DNA from: Cirrosporium novae-zelandiae
Taxonomy: Eukaryota
Assembly: GCA_026023565.1 (NCBI GenBank)
Contig: JAPETS010000005.1
Span: 682,001-746,000 of the forward strand
Direction: 5' to 3'
Length of the DNA: 64,000 nt
Shown here: positions 1-13,807 of the stretch, one piece after another
Position numbering within the stretch: the stretch's first letter is position 1
How the letters are laid out: each line of letters opens with the position of its first letter
Translations under genes and position numbers: made by a program
The notes under the pieces: model-generated
Told to the model about the DNA's origin: nothing
The model's input: only the letters and a program-made list of their open reading frames with translations
Database searches by the model: none

Positions 1-981
1 TTGAAGCAAGGATCGTAGCAGAAAAAGACATGAGGGCGTCTGCAGGCTGGAAGGTAAATTACCAGCCATTCATGAATGGCTGGACATCCAGTAACCCATG
101 TAAAGAAAAATTCTCCGTTGTCAAGTCAACTAATGTAATTTACACTGAGGCAAGTTAGAACTGGGTTTCACGGAAACCTGCAGAACCCATTTCTTCGGAA
201 GGCCTTCGAAAATTAATTATTCTGGCTGGTGATCAAGCGATGTGTCATATTATAAGAGACCTGAGTAGTTACCATATATCGAGTAAGCAATGGTAGCTAT
301 ACAGGCGAACGATGAGCTGTGAGTCAGTACCGTCGTTGTACTGTACAGTACAATACTAAAAATTCTTGAATTCAAGATGTGGAAGTTTTACTTTTAGAGC
401 GTCAAGTGGAGTCAATCAGAAGCGCTTGTCCTCAAATCGAGTTTGTCAAATATAGTTTAGGTTGGGCGGATATATGCAGCCTCCCGCCCTCTATTTTTAT
501 CTTTTCGTCTATGCTTTCGAGGATCGATCAATCTCAGCCAATCATCCCACTTCATCAGGCTTGTTTTGAGATTCTTCAAAACCCCACTCCAATGATAGTA
601 ACAAGAATCCATGAGCCGCAACGTGTACGACTCGTGAGCTTACAACCTCATGAGGTCTAATCATCAATGCATGACTTGGTGACCTGATTAAATGCTTTTG
701 CCTATATCCTGAAAGGCAATGTTCTCCGTCCCAAGGTATCAGGTACCATGGTGAAGGTTATGCTATACAGTTCAACCATCCAGGATCAATCGGAAGTGCA
801 TCCGGAGATATTCTCCTAGGACAACAAAAATCTCCGGATCAGTTATTTTTGTAAAATTTTGTAGCCCTTGGTAGAGGTAGATAGTAGATAGTAATACACA
901 ACTGATGACAAAGTGCTTGCGTCGCCCGCTCACCTCGGCATGAGGAACAAATCACCTGTGGTTCGCCCCTCCTGCTTTCAA

Positions 982-3468
982 TCACATGCTATCATCACCG
1001 TTAAAGCCTTCTTGATGCCAATCCCCATGGTGTGAATCTGCCCCAGGGTTAGTCCCAATGGAACCTCCCGCTGCTGCCGCAGCTGCCGCCACCTCTCCAA
1101 GGTTACTGGAATGTTTTTCAATATCAACCGATCCCATCCAATATAGCATCCAAAATACTAATATATGCAAGGCCAAGCAGTAACCTGCGAACAAATTTCG
1201 ACTTGTTCTATTTGCTAAAACCATTCGTGTGATGGAGAACACTATCCGTTCTGGTAGACTCATACGTTTATAAGCTCGAGCGGATTCACGACCTCTAAAG
1301 GCTGCGAATGGGGATATATTGGCTTCATATGCAGATCGATAACGATCCATAGATAGTCCTGAAGAGTTGTTGGAAGTGGCATGTATATTACCTGGGTTAG
1401 GATTGTGGGAATAAGCAGATGCAGAGCTCGATGTGCCTGCCTGTCCTCGATTGTACGTCGATACGTATCTAGTCTTTTCATAGAGACTTAGATTATCCTT
1501 CTGTAACGAGGATACCTCTTGCCTCAGGGTTGAAACCGTTTGTACTGATTTGGCAAGTTCTTCTTCTAGTTGTGAATTCTTCTGCTTGAAACGGTCCCTT
1601 TGAGCCTGCACCATTGGTAGGATTCCGGATCCACCACCAACACCCTCAGTGGTTAGGCCTGGGCTTGAAGAATTCCTAGGATCAAACCCAGAGATAATGG
1701 AAGATGTTGGAGACGTACGACCTCTGCGCAAAGAGCCATATCCAAGAGCGGATTGTGGATATCGGGAAGTATAAGTTCCTGCAACCGATGCACCTGATGA
1801 GGGCAATGCATTTGAGGCTTCTTGTTGCACCTTTAGGAGATCATTCTCAAGTGTCGAGGATAGATTTTGAGATTTTTCCAACTCGGCATGTGTCTTTGAA
1901 AGATCTTCTTGCATTGACTCAAGCCGTTGCCTTAACTCTTGATGAGAAACTCTCAGTAGTGTCAACTCATTGCTAAGCTTCTTGTTCCTGGCTAGCAGTA
2001 GCTGCTCCAGAGATTCATTTTTACCCTTTGCAGCGGCCCCATTTACGTTCGTGGACATGTCGATAGAAGAGTTTTGCCCGTCCTCGTCGTCGCTGCTATC
2101 AGCCTCATTACCGGTAGAGAGTTCGATTGCCTATAAATATTTGTTAGCTATATTCAGGAGAACCTCAAGATTCATATATAAATACTTTTAGAACTTCCAG
2201 CTCTCTCTTCACCTCATCATAATCACTTCGTTTTTGGAGTTTACTTCGTAGCTCCTCCCTGTCACTATTTAGCTGGGAAATAGATCGCTCAAGCTGTCGC
2301 ATCCTGCTTTCCCAACCATTTTTCTCGGTATCCTTTTCAAGCCTTAGAGCATCTAGTTTCCTGAGGATAGAAGAATTTTCAGATTGCAGGCGGAGGAACA
2401 ATGGATCATCTTCAACAGAAGCTGATTTATAATCATTCTGCGAATGTGAGGCTGCTTGAGCAAGTTCAAGTCGTAGCTGTTCGTTTCTCGCCTCGACTTC
2501 AGCTAAACGTAGATTAGTCCTCTCGAGATCAGAGTTCAACATGTCTAGTTCGGCAGTAGTAGCCCTGGACACATTCCCATGCTCATCATCCCCGTGATTT
2601 AATCTCTGGGAGACTTCATAACTAGCCTTGATCTCGTTTATAAGCCGGTCTTGATTTTCCACTTTTTCTTCAAGACTCCGTTCCTTGGCTTCCCAATTAT
2701 CCTTTTTCTCCTGAATGACTGCGGTCCATGATGCTTCAACTTCCTTAATTTTGGTTTCCTGGCTATCCTCAAGTTTCTTTCGAGCCGCCCGTTCTTCCTC
2801 TAGTTTCTTCTCTGTGTTTTCTAACTGGGTCGTAAGTCTGTTCACACTCCTCTGTAGTTGGTTTTTTTCGGCTGTAAGCTTGGGTAAAGTATCTTCTGAA
2901 ATAAGGAGCGAGTCAACAGAGGCTTCCAGGAGAGGATATGGGTCTGGAACTTCGGAAAGAGACGAGTAAAGTTGGAAAAAAATAGACGAAGAGGTTTTTC
3001 CATGGTTTGTAATGAGGTCAATAAAGCTCTGGTAAGCTATAATGCTCGTTAGCATATCTCTCAACGCAGGGCTATAAGTGCTACCTTTTAGAAGACCTTT
3101 ATACTCCGAGAGCTTTTCAGCATCCCCAAGTTTTCTAAATTCTTTTGTCTTTTGTGCTAATTCCTTTCTTTGAACCAGGGAGTCTTTCCGATGAGTTTCG
3201 ATTTCGGCAGCAATATCATCTAAGCTTGGGACGAGGTTCGTAAGATCAAGACCTATTCAACAACAACATCAGCATATCATCTCATGCACGTTTGTGGGCC
3301 AAGAAGGCGCCTACTTCTCCATGCCGAAATAGCCCTTTGGAATTTGTTCTCTTCTCCCTTCTTATCCTCCGAGTTTGGTGTGTTCACTTGCTGGTCGCTC
3401 CGTTCGCGAGAGCTATCGCGATTGGCATCGCCGGACAATCGTTCATCCCCTGATATAGCCGCATCCAT
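982..3468 (-). CDS. COY1: CASP/Coy1 Golgi coiled-coil membrane protein; exons ~3468-3315, 3252-3085, 3036-2186, 2130-982
   Basis: GT-AG introns join the frames. N-terminal 'QRKELAQKTKEFRK...YQSFIDLIT', long coiled coil, and C-terminal CASP motifs 'ILPMVQAQRDRFKQKNSQLEEEL', 'DNLSLYEKTRYVSTY' and 'YEANISPFAAFR'. The TM helix contains the typical Y..LH. Confidence 0.9.
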
Positions 3469-3803
3469 TTTCAAATATGGAATGGTAAAGAAGGCATTAA
3501 TCGAGCAGTCCGAAGAAATTATAGATTTATTCGTCTTACGAATGGGTTCGGGGTAGTTCCAAAGCACAAGTCTAAATTAAGATACAAGGGTACGTTGGAA
3601 CCCCCCCCCAATCTTTAGGACACGAGAGCTCCCCTGTATCTTTGCTCCTTCGCTTGTTCCCGACTTCTGCGCCTCGAACCCCAACCCCAGCTCATCTTAG
3701 TTAATCTCCGATCAAATATATAACGATTTCACCGCGCGATCTCATGGCCCAAGCATCCTTATACACAACCTATTAAATTACGAATCCCGCTCGGAGAGCC
3801 ATC

Positions 3804-6800
3804 ATGGCGTCGGGAGAGGCAGTCGGGATTCACAGAAAAAAAAGGCGGAAGAACGATGGCGATACAGGACCCTATGTCATCGAGAGTCTCATCCAAGACG
3901 TACCCTTATCGGCGGAAGGCAATAATTCCAATATATATATAACATGCTTGGAGTTATGGGAAGGCAATCTGTACATCGGAACTTCCGCCGGGGAGATACT
4001 TCACTTCGTTTCCTTACCTCCAGATCCTTCAGATACGGCCACGGGCCCAACCTTTATTCTTGCGTCAAGGCTACAGCCCATATATACTCCATTGAGTAAT
4101 GACATCCCATTACCCGGCGTCCAAAACATTGTCCTCCTTCCAAATGTCAATAGGGCTTGTATTCTTTGCAATAATACCGTCACATTTTATTCTTTGCCAG
4201 AGCTGAGTCCTGCCTTTGGGAATGCGAAAGTTTCGAACTGCTCTTGGATTGGAGGGTTGGATCTGAATCTGGAAGAAGAACAGGGTGGAGATGTTATTAT
4301 GATATGTGCGACAAATCTCATACGGCTCTTGAAAATGGGCGATGAGCGTGAAAAGATACGAAGTCTCAGAAATATTCAATTCCCGGGTTGTCTGACCACC
4401 ACAAGAAGGGAGTCATATGCTTGTGTCGCAGATTCGCATTCATATGCTCTACTCGATGTAGAGCATCAACAAAAGATCCCGCTGTTTCCAATCTCTTCGA
4501 TTGATAAATCAGCAGATCCTAGCTCTGGCCAAATAGAGGATGTTTCCTCAAGAGGCGAGCCTGGTTTATCTAGAAGTGCATCAACCGGAAGACCTTCATC
4601 ATTTCCAAGCTCTATGGATCCCCAGAGTCATACCAGGAGTACTAGTCTCAGCCAACTATTAAGTGGTTCAGCAAGACGACAGCAAAGCCAAGAACGATTT
4701 AGTGGACAGACTCCAGATCCATTTGACCGATCTGCTACGCAAACCCCGGAATCTCCGGTAGGGATTCAACCCGCGGGAGCAACTAGTCCAACTAAACAAA
4801 GCGCCACTGATAAACCTCTCCCTCCTCCACCTGGCGAACCCAAGGCCACCCCAGCAAAACCTAAGCCAGCACCAGGACCTTTAAAGCCTCATGTGCTATC
4901 GCCCACACCAACAGAGTTTCTCTTGACCACGGGAACTGTTGAGTCCGAACCTGGCGTTGGCATATTTGTCAACCTTGACGGCGACGTAGTTCGAGGGACG
5001 ATTGAATTTACAAGGTATCCTCACGCTCTAGCCCTTGACGATGGTGAGGAGGGACCACAAGCGAGCGAATATGGTGTATCTGGAGAAGAAGGCTATGTTC
5101 TTGCTGTTGTTCCCGAAGGTGATCATGCAGATTCTAACCAAGTCATCGAAATTCAAAGGTGGGACCTTGAATCAGGTGAAAGTCCATCGGGAAAAACCTT
5201 TCTCAGAATCCCCTCCCACATATCCGCTAATGGCAATACCGGGGTCCCTGCTAAAGTAGGATTATGCTCTGTTCTTGCTAAGGGGGAAATTCGCCTGCCT
5301 CAAATGGGCGAAATTCTAAGGATGGTTCGCATAAAGCTACCAACAGCTGGACATGAAACTCCAAGATCAACAGATTCTAGGACTCGGGGCTCAATGGAAC
5401 GACTTTCCCGAGAGCGCGAGCTATTTGAACCACCACCAATTGAAGAGGGAACAGGAGACTCGCAACATGAAGAGGTTCTTGACCCTGATTGGGAGGTGAA
5501 GCGAAATCAAGAAGAGGAAGCATTCGCGCAACGGCTCGGGAATCAAAAAGGTCGCTTGGTTGCGTGGTCAGGAAACCAAGTTTGGTGGACTGTTCGAAAC
5601 CCACTCGCACTTAAACTTGATGCTGCCCTCGCTCTTTCAGAAAATTTGAGTAATGAAGTTCATGAATATATCCCTCTCAATCGACAAAAAGTAATACAGG
5701 TTGTGAACAGTATTCGGGGACAGGAGCCAAAGACAGAGACTGAATATATCAGCCTCGGCTACATTAGACAAAAGGCAGGATTAATGCTGCTGGCTGATAT
5801 TCTATTACGGGCCCGTCAGAAGCCGAACTTTTCAGATTCGGAGCGAAAGTTCGTTCAGGAGACCCTTCTTGACAGTGGGATTGACCCTAGGGTTATTTTT
5901 ATGATGGTACCTCTATTAAAAAGTGAGATATTAGAAGGTGAACAAGGTATCTGGGTTCATGGTGGTCTTGTCGATGTTATGGAAGACTACAAACTATTTC
6001 AAAGGCAACAAAACCTTGATGAGTGGAATCTAGAAATTCTGATCATGCTCAAACACTATCTCTCCGCTTGGAGAAAAAGAAAAGGGTTTGCCAGCATTGC
6101 AGATGAGACCAATGTCTTCAAAACCATCGACGCAGCATTATTGCATCTTCTCCTCTACCTTGACCAAAAATCATCTCAAGATAAAACTGCAGCGACTCAA
6201 TTCCGCTCAGAATTATATTATTTGGTTGATCACGGCATAGACTGTTTTGACCGTGCTGTTACCCTGTTGGAAGAATACCGTCAGCTGTATGTCTTAAGTC
6301 GGCTCTATCAAAGCCGGAAATTGTCCAGATATGTTCTTGCCACCTGGAAACGGATCATAGAAGGCGAACCACACAGGGAAGGTGATAAGTTCGAGGGTGA
6401 AAGCGATGTCCGCAGATACCTTATCAACATACGAGATCCAAAGCTGGTCGAGGACTATGGGGCATGGCTATCAAACAGGAACCCCAAACTTGGAGTAACT
6501 GTTTTTGTAGATGATAGTAGAGTTAAATTGGAGCCATCAAGAGTCTTGCAGCTCCTGAAACAACGAGCTCCCCTAGCAGTCAAAGAATACCTTGAGCATC
6601 TGGTTTTCACCAAGAATGTGAGTATATGAGTAGAGGATTCCCATCGATGTTTTGCGCGAAGCTCACAAACTCTAGTATTATCAATATGCGGACGACCTCG
6701 TTGGCTTTTATCTGGATACTGTTATCAGCACTCTCGAGAAATCGGAAGAAGCCCGAACTATCCTCTCGGTTTCTTATGAAACTTACCGTGCCCTTCGAGC

Positions 6801-7476
6801 ACCAAAACCTACATATCGCCAATTCATTAGTGAAAACTCGACCAAAGATGAATGGTGGCAAAATCGCCTTCGACTCTTACAATTACTTGGAGGAAGTTAT
6901 GATTCAGGTTTTTCTTATGATGTTTCAGCAGTCTTGACTCGCATTGCACCCTTTGAAAAAGAGCTTGTCTCAGAGACAATCATTCTAGACGGCCGCCAAG
7001 GTCATCATCAACAAGCATTACGACTACTTACCCATGGGCTTGGTGACTATGATACCGCTATCCGATATTGTCTTCTTGGAGGTTCAAGCATTTTCCACCC
7101 TTCATCCAGAACACTACCAGCCGATGCGATCCCGTCTAGAGAGGAGCAATCTAAGCTCTTCGATTATCTTCTTACCGAGTTCTTGAAAATCGAGGACGTA
7201 AGCGAACAGCTGGATCGAACTAGCATCTTACTCGAACGATTTGCGTCTTGGTTCGATGTTACTCATGTCCTAAGCATAATTCCGAACAGTTGGTCAGTTG
7301 AACTTATAGAAGGGTTCCTAGTTAACTCACTAAGGAGATTGACGAGGGAAAAAAACGAAACCATGATTGTTAAGGCTTTGAGTGGATCTGAGAATCTGCA
7401 GATCAGCGCTGAGCTAATAGAAAAGTGTGAACTACTAGGCCCGAAGATAGAAGCTGTCGAATCTGGAGAGGCCTAG
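3804..7476 (+). CDS. Vps3/Vps39/TGFBRAP1-family tethering subunit (CNH-like N-terminus, helical repeat C-terminus); intron 6618-6675
   Basis: The 941-aa ORF starts with CNH-like 'ITCLELWEGNLYIGTSAGEILHF'. A GTGAGT..CTCAC..TAG intron joins it to a C-terminal exon containing 'LDGRQGHHQQALRLLTHGLGDYDTAIRYC'. Confidence 0.8.
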
Positions 7477-7989
7477 CTTAGTCACAAGCGGCCCGTCTAA
7501 GTATATTTGTAACGATGCTTAGGCAGACCATGTATGAATTTCGATGATGTAGATACCATTCAATGGCATTGAATAGCGGCGTTGACGATTGACTTCCTAG
7601 AATAGGGGTGTCGGGTGGTTTCTTTCCATGGCCTCTACTCATTGTTGACATTATTTCCCTAATGTCATGCAGAGGAACAGTAGCATAATAATCAAATAGA
7701 GCTCATATAATATAATGGAATTATTACCCCAGATGGCTTGGTGTTAATCAAAACCATATATTTCTAAGATCTCCTAATAACGACCCGATAGATAATCACG
7801 CCAGTAAAGAAAATCCCTCGTTATATATTTACCACGGTTTAAAACCTCAGCATGGTGCATATATATATATATCAACGGCGCACACCATCTTCCAACTCTA
7901 TAGATATCGCAACAAATTATATATACTCAATACCCAACACCCCACTCACTCACTCCACAGTATCAATCAACCTACCCACCCACCTACCA

Positions 7990-9414
7990 TCACTTCTCCC
8001 CAATCTTCCCCCAACTCCAAACATTCAACCCAATCTTGACCCCCTCCTTAACCGGCAGCGCCCTATGATACGTCTCCCAATACCCCCTCCCATCAGCATC
8101 CAAATTCTCCCAAAAAACAGCATTCCCCTTGATGGAGCGAAAAACAACCCCATCCATCCCGCTCTCCTTGTCAGGCCCATCCCCCAACCCTTCACCCTCA
8201 CCAACACTCCCCCGCCCGGGCGGACAATAAACCCACTCACACCACCTCCCCTCCTCCCGTCTCGGCACCCTCGGAAAATGCGTACCCCCACCACTCAAAT
8301 TCTTCGCCTCCACATACACCATAAACGTGCTGACGCGATCAGCGCTGAGCGTGCGGCCCGTCCAGTCGTAATGGAACCCGTAGTGGTCGCCCCGGTGCGC
8401 GTACCGCTGGCTGCGTAGCCGCTCGATGTGGATGTTGGGGAGCCAGCCTTGGAAGGACCGGGCGCGGGCTTCCAGACAGCGGATTAGCTCTGTTCGGGGG
8501 AGGAGGGCTACTTCGCTGGAGCGGATGGTGGGATTTCGGACTGCGGAGGTGCCGTCCCAGATTGTGGCGGGGGAGAAGTGGGGGTCGCTGGGTGGTTGGG
8601 GGGGGGAGGTTAGTTTTTTTTTCTTTTTTTCTTGTTTTGGTTGGCTGGGGATGGGGGAATGGGTATAATGGTAAAGGGGGGGGTGGGTAAGAAATGTAAA
8701 ATAAAATGTATATACAAAAAAATGGTTTCGCTAAAGGGTAGAAAAGTTGGACCCCAGCGCCGAAAAAAGGAAAAGTACAGGATAAAAAAAAGAAAGATCA
8801 GACACTTTTTCTACCAGATTTCTGTTTTTAAACAGTTCCCCACTTCTCTTCACACAAAAATCACAAATCTCTATGGCTTTCTCTCTCCCCACCTAGACCT
8901 TATAAAACGTTCTAAAAATAAAAAATAAAAAATAAAAAAAGGAGGCAAAACGATATTAGAACAAAACCAAAACCCACACATACCTCAACTCAATAATCTC
9001 ATCACACTCCCCCTCACTCAAAAACCCCTCCAAATAAATAACCAACGGCTCCACCGAATACACATACACTCCCCTAAACCGATGCTCCGGACACTTTAAA
9101 CCCCCCCCGCCCAACATCAAATCACCATCATCATCATTATCATCCTCAGCGTAGCCCGGGAAAAGCTCGTTTTGACTTTGGCCTTCTACTTCATCTCCGT
9201 TGGAGGTGTGAAGAGAGGAGGAGGATTGGGAGGAGGGGTCTTTAGAGGAGGAGGAGTCTTGAGAGAGGAAGGTGCGGGAGAGGGGGGGGTAGATGAAGAG
9301 GAAGAGGGGGATTAGGAGGATTAGGTAGCCTAGGAGGGAGGTTTGGTTTTGGGGGGGTGGGTGGCGGTGGTTATGGCGGTTGTTGGTGGAGGATGATTGG
9401 TGAGGGGGGGTCAT
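7990..9414 (-). CDS. Membrane-anchored prolyl 4-hydroxylase-like 2OG-Fe(II) dioxygenase; intron 8983-8588
   Basis: N-terminal TM helix and 'EPLVIYLEGFLSEGECDEII'. Exon 2 carries H-Y-D ('FHYDW'), 'RVSTFMVY', 'GGGTHFP', the distal His ('TYHRALPV') and Lys ('KIGLNVW'). Confidence 0.85.
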
Positions 9415-10107
9415 GGTGTTTATATGGTAGTGGTGTTGTCGTCGTCGTTCTCCATGCGAAAAAAAAAGCGTCTATGAGCGGGGTGGATATAATGAAAATA
9501 AATACAAAAAGTGAGATGTGATTTTTTTTATCTACAAGTTCGTACGAATTACCAGAAAAGATAATATAGACAGAATGGATATAATAACAAAGATGAGGTG
9601 GGTTTTATTTATATGTTCTTATGAATGATTTACTTTTTTTTATAATGAACTGGGATGATAACTAGTTAGCGGAGGTTGACGGAGGTGAACGGGATTGGTT
9701 GATGGAACACGCGTCAAGAGGAGCGGTTGGGTCCGAAGGAATGTCATTCGTCCCCCTGAATCTTTATTTACCTTTTCGTATTTCCAAGGCATCATTGATT
9801 TAAACCGTTTTTTGGGGGGGGAAATAAATATATAGTCGATATAGCACTGCTTGGTTGTTGATAACACTTGTATATTAGACATCCGCAGCTACGGTAAACT
9901 TGCTTCATATTTACTACTATTCGTGTCGTAGGAGGCATCAAGCATGACATCCTTATCACTATCACCCATGCTTCCATCTGAATTAACAGGATGGGCCCAA
10001 TGGTAATGACCCCAACGCCTTTGCTCTAAACCTATAATCCAAATCCTAAAGGCCTAGAAAATTAATCCATTTAATCCCGTAGTTCATTGTGACATACCCT
10101 ACCCTAC

Positions 10108-11741
10108 CTAATCTTCTTCACTCTCATCATCCTCGACCTCGATAGTCTCGACGATCAAATTTGCATTTCTTCCAATAACTTTTTCAACCGCTCCTCCTTT
10201 TTGAACGTCGTAAACAGTTCGAGGCATAGGACTCACAAGGCGGAATTTGTATTCATGTTCATAGTCTTCTGGTGGTTTATCTGTCTCTGTATCCCCGATA
10301 ACCGTATTTTTCTCCTCGTCGCTATTTTCCTGTTGCTGGAGAATAGGATAGCACTCCACAAAGGCATAGACCTCCTCGACATCCTGATCGGCGGCAAACT
10401 TTCGTATCACTCGCTGACCATCAGGCATGCGAAGACTAACTCTGACAATGTTCTTGACATCATTCCCAGGTTCTGAAGCCAAGTTCTTCGCCCGCCACCG
10501 TCTCCAATGTTCCCTTTTCATACCCTCTTCCTCTTCTAACCGTTGCTTTTCCAATGCAGCTTTCTCTACCGCAGCTGCCGCTTCCTCGGCCTCACGCTTC
10601 TGGCGTGCCCGTTCTCGATCAATAGCTAGGGATCGTTCATAGGCAGAATTCTGTTCCTCCCGTAACGTGCGCGCAGCTTGCTGTTCGGCACGCTGAGATC
10701 GGATGCGCTCAAGTGCTGGCGTATGCGTGGCCATTGCAGAGCGCAATTTGGCGACGAACGCATCTGGAGAGGTGGGACCTTCGATGCGGCAGACTACTGA
10801 CATGCGGGAGGAGGAGACTTGCGGAGTGTGAACAATGAGTGCCGCAAAGGGAGAGGTGGTCGCTTTAAGGGTGCTGGATATTTGGTAGGCTTCCGAGTCC
10901 TGTAAAGTGCCTGCCCAGGTTATGAGCCCCGGGGAAGGCGGAGAACGGAGAAAATTGGTTACGGTGGGAGATAGGAGAGTGTTGTGTGTGAATGAAGGGG
11001 TGTTATCATGCTCCGGGGAGATGAGGATAACAAGAAGGAATTTAAGGGAGGATTTGGCCGAATCGAGAGCTTGGGCGTATCCATTTTCGTAGAAAGGAGG
11101 TATTGTTTCTGGTGAAGGGTGGTATTCTTCCTCAAATTCGCGAATAAACCGTAGCGCTGTATCTTTAGGGCTGAGGGAACGACGAGTGGGAGTTGGTCTC
11201 GAGCGGGGAACCATGCTAGCCAAAAGCCTTGGTAGGAAAGGGAAGATGTGGGAGAAGACGGTGAATCCCCAGGAGAATATCCTGTAGAGGAGGTTGAAAG
11301 GCGCTAATATTAGGCTGAGGGGGAGTGGAGCTTGTTGATTAACTTGATGGCTCGGCTGGGGGACTATACGCGGGGCTGGAGTGAGATCATTGTGCGGGGA
11401 CAATGGACGGGAGGATGTTGTATATAAATCATCGTGGAGATTCGAAACATGTCTAGAACTAGCAGGTAGAGCATTGTTTGAGAGGGCAGCTCGAGCTTCC
11501 GCAACAGGGTCAGGACGTTCGCCATCGAGAAATTTAGTTATAGCTATCTAGATATAGAATATTAGATAGAGCATTTGGAAAGGAGCTGGTTAGATTGGAA
11601 ACAAACCTGAACATTCCATTGTGAGCGTTCAAGAAGTGGAATTGCTACAGACGGTTCTTGGTCGGTAACAGAAGTATATGTTTGAAGCGCAAGCTGCTGG
11701 CTTTCATCGAGTTGGCTGATATCTACCTGTGGCTCCGACAT
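10108..11741 (-). CDS. UBA-like/UAS/UBX-domain Cdc48 cofactor (FAF2/Ubx2-Ubx3/Dsc5-like); intron 11606-11548
   Basis: Exon 1 reads 'MSEPQVDISQLDESQQLALQTYTSVTDQEPSVAIPLLERSQWNVQ'. It is followed by a hydrophobic hairpin, UAS 'YAQALDSAKSSLKFLLVIL', coiled coil 'LREEQNSAYERSLAIDRER' and UBX 'RVSLRMPDGQRVIRKF...FRLVSPMPR'. Confidence 0.88.
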
Positions 11742-13807
11742 GATGATAGAATTGACATGAAAATGAATGTTGATGAGAGAGAGAATATCAAAGTGATTGT
11801 TAGGATGGCATATCTGTATTGTGCATTCTGTATGAAAATAACAGTCTTCTTTAATTATAGACGAGGATGGAATTCAGAAAATGACGACAAGTTGGTGGTG
11901 TTTTGGACTTTGTCTAAGTTCGGAACGGAAGGCATAGTAAAAAGGCTAATAAGCAACCAAAGGATTAGACAACACCAAATGTTTTCTTTTATAAGTTTAT
12001 CCTCTACTTCTATAAATTTTCTTACTAATTTTTGAAGAATTCTGACATTTCTCTTGAAATGGTTGGAAATGTGGGCAAGTTGTCCATGGCGTATTTTGGA
12101 GTACGATTACGCTCCATCAATACCCTTGCCTTGGTTTTGAGGCCAATATTAATCTTCTGAACCAACATTTTTTAAACCTAAACCATCAATACCTACACCA
12201 GTTACTCGAGTATACACTTAAATAAAAGTCTCACTGAGCCTATATCTTAGGCGTCGTAACAGTTGTTAATGTTTTTTCTACTTGTAGATATTCGGTTTAT
12301 TTTAAATAACTTTCATCTTATAAGCATCGACGATCTAAATATCAAACTTACTGGATAAGGAAGCTCCGAGACACGGGCAGTGGGCGGGGTGGTATACGAG
12401 CAATGAGATATCTTAGACAGTGGTGCCCAAGTAATTTTCTGTTAACGCTGGAAGTATCTCTGATACATGACGTCCGTATGCTTGGGTCAAACTCGGTATA
12501 GATGGTATCTTACTACGGAATAATGCTCCTAATTTTCGAACTGTGATATGCTGAGAACCATTTTCGCCGCTATGTTGACGTTCTTGAGACGGACAAGACT
12601 CTAAAACCTAATATTCTAGGAGTGCTCCCATCTTATAAAGAGAAAAGTCGGAATTTAAAGCAGCTAAAGCAGCTACATTTTCTTGGGAACCTGCGAGTAA
12701 GGCGGTGGTGAATCTGCTGATGGCAGAAGACATGATGATATAATGCGAACTTCCAGTTATTCAGATACTAGGGGGCCTTTAATTTGAAAGATGTCGAGCA
12801 GAGTATGAATATACTAAAATAAAGTAACAATGTTGATATCTATGATGAGGATTTTCGTAGGCACGGCCTAGCAATATCCAAACTCGTGCGGGGAATAGAA
12901 AGGCTATGCAAATCCATGGTGTGGCCGCGTTCACTCACCATTGGCTACCTCTGGCAGTATTGCCTATGACCATCTAAAATGGCGTCTTTTCTATTGCAAA
13001 ACCGGCCCAAATCCATCTACCATAGGGTCAGCCTTATGTCTAAGGACACATAGAGTTAGTGATAGGATTTAGCCAAGACGTCGGATAGATACCTTTGCGA
13101 GTAGGGCAGGTCATTATATATAGCAGCAGGTCCTTCATATCAACATCGTTAAAGAATAACATCTCGGCGTTGGAAAATAGTATCATAAGGAGTTGGGTAT
13201 AGGGAATATGAGTATAAGGTTAACGGTTAATAGAGACGCCATTTGCGAGGAACCACTTGGTCTAAGATGTACAAACTCTAGGTCTAAGGTTTCTCAAACC
13301 CCTTATTAGACCAGATATCAAAGTATCAACTTTTATGTAGAGTAGTTATTGTTATTTTGAGTATGGGCTTCGGGGATGATTAACGAGATATACTAGAAAT
13401 TAAGTTTACGGCATTTAAACGCCATTCGTCCATCATCAATCAGTCTTTGGTGTCCCGCCTCGATAGGCTCAATCGATTCGCCTACAAGACCGCCTTAACG
13501 CCGACTACTTGCTGAGACAACATAGCTCCACTACTTCCTTACTCCATTCCCTCTTTTTCTGCATTCTTTGCTAGTTAATGGTCAGGCTGTTTCTGCGATT
13601 CTATTTCATGATTAATCGGTGTTGGGAGACAGACCACCATGCTATCCTAGTAATGTCCCAGCGATGAGTGCGAAAGAATCCTCGAAACCTTGCAGGTAAT
13701 CAATGCATCCGTTCCATGGTCTTTGTTGGAACTGGAATTACGAGAACTCGAACTGATCGCAAATAGTAACAATGGAGTGGCTGCTTATCTCGACATCCTG
13801 AACAATC

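Noticed and set aside
1..31. Possible start of a - strand gene (MSFSATILAS...) running off the window
   Set aside because: Too short to support.
7852..8418. 188-aa Pro-rich + strand ORF
   Set aside because: Antisense shadow of the skewed P4H exon 2.
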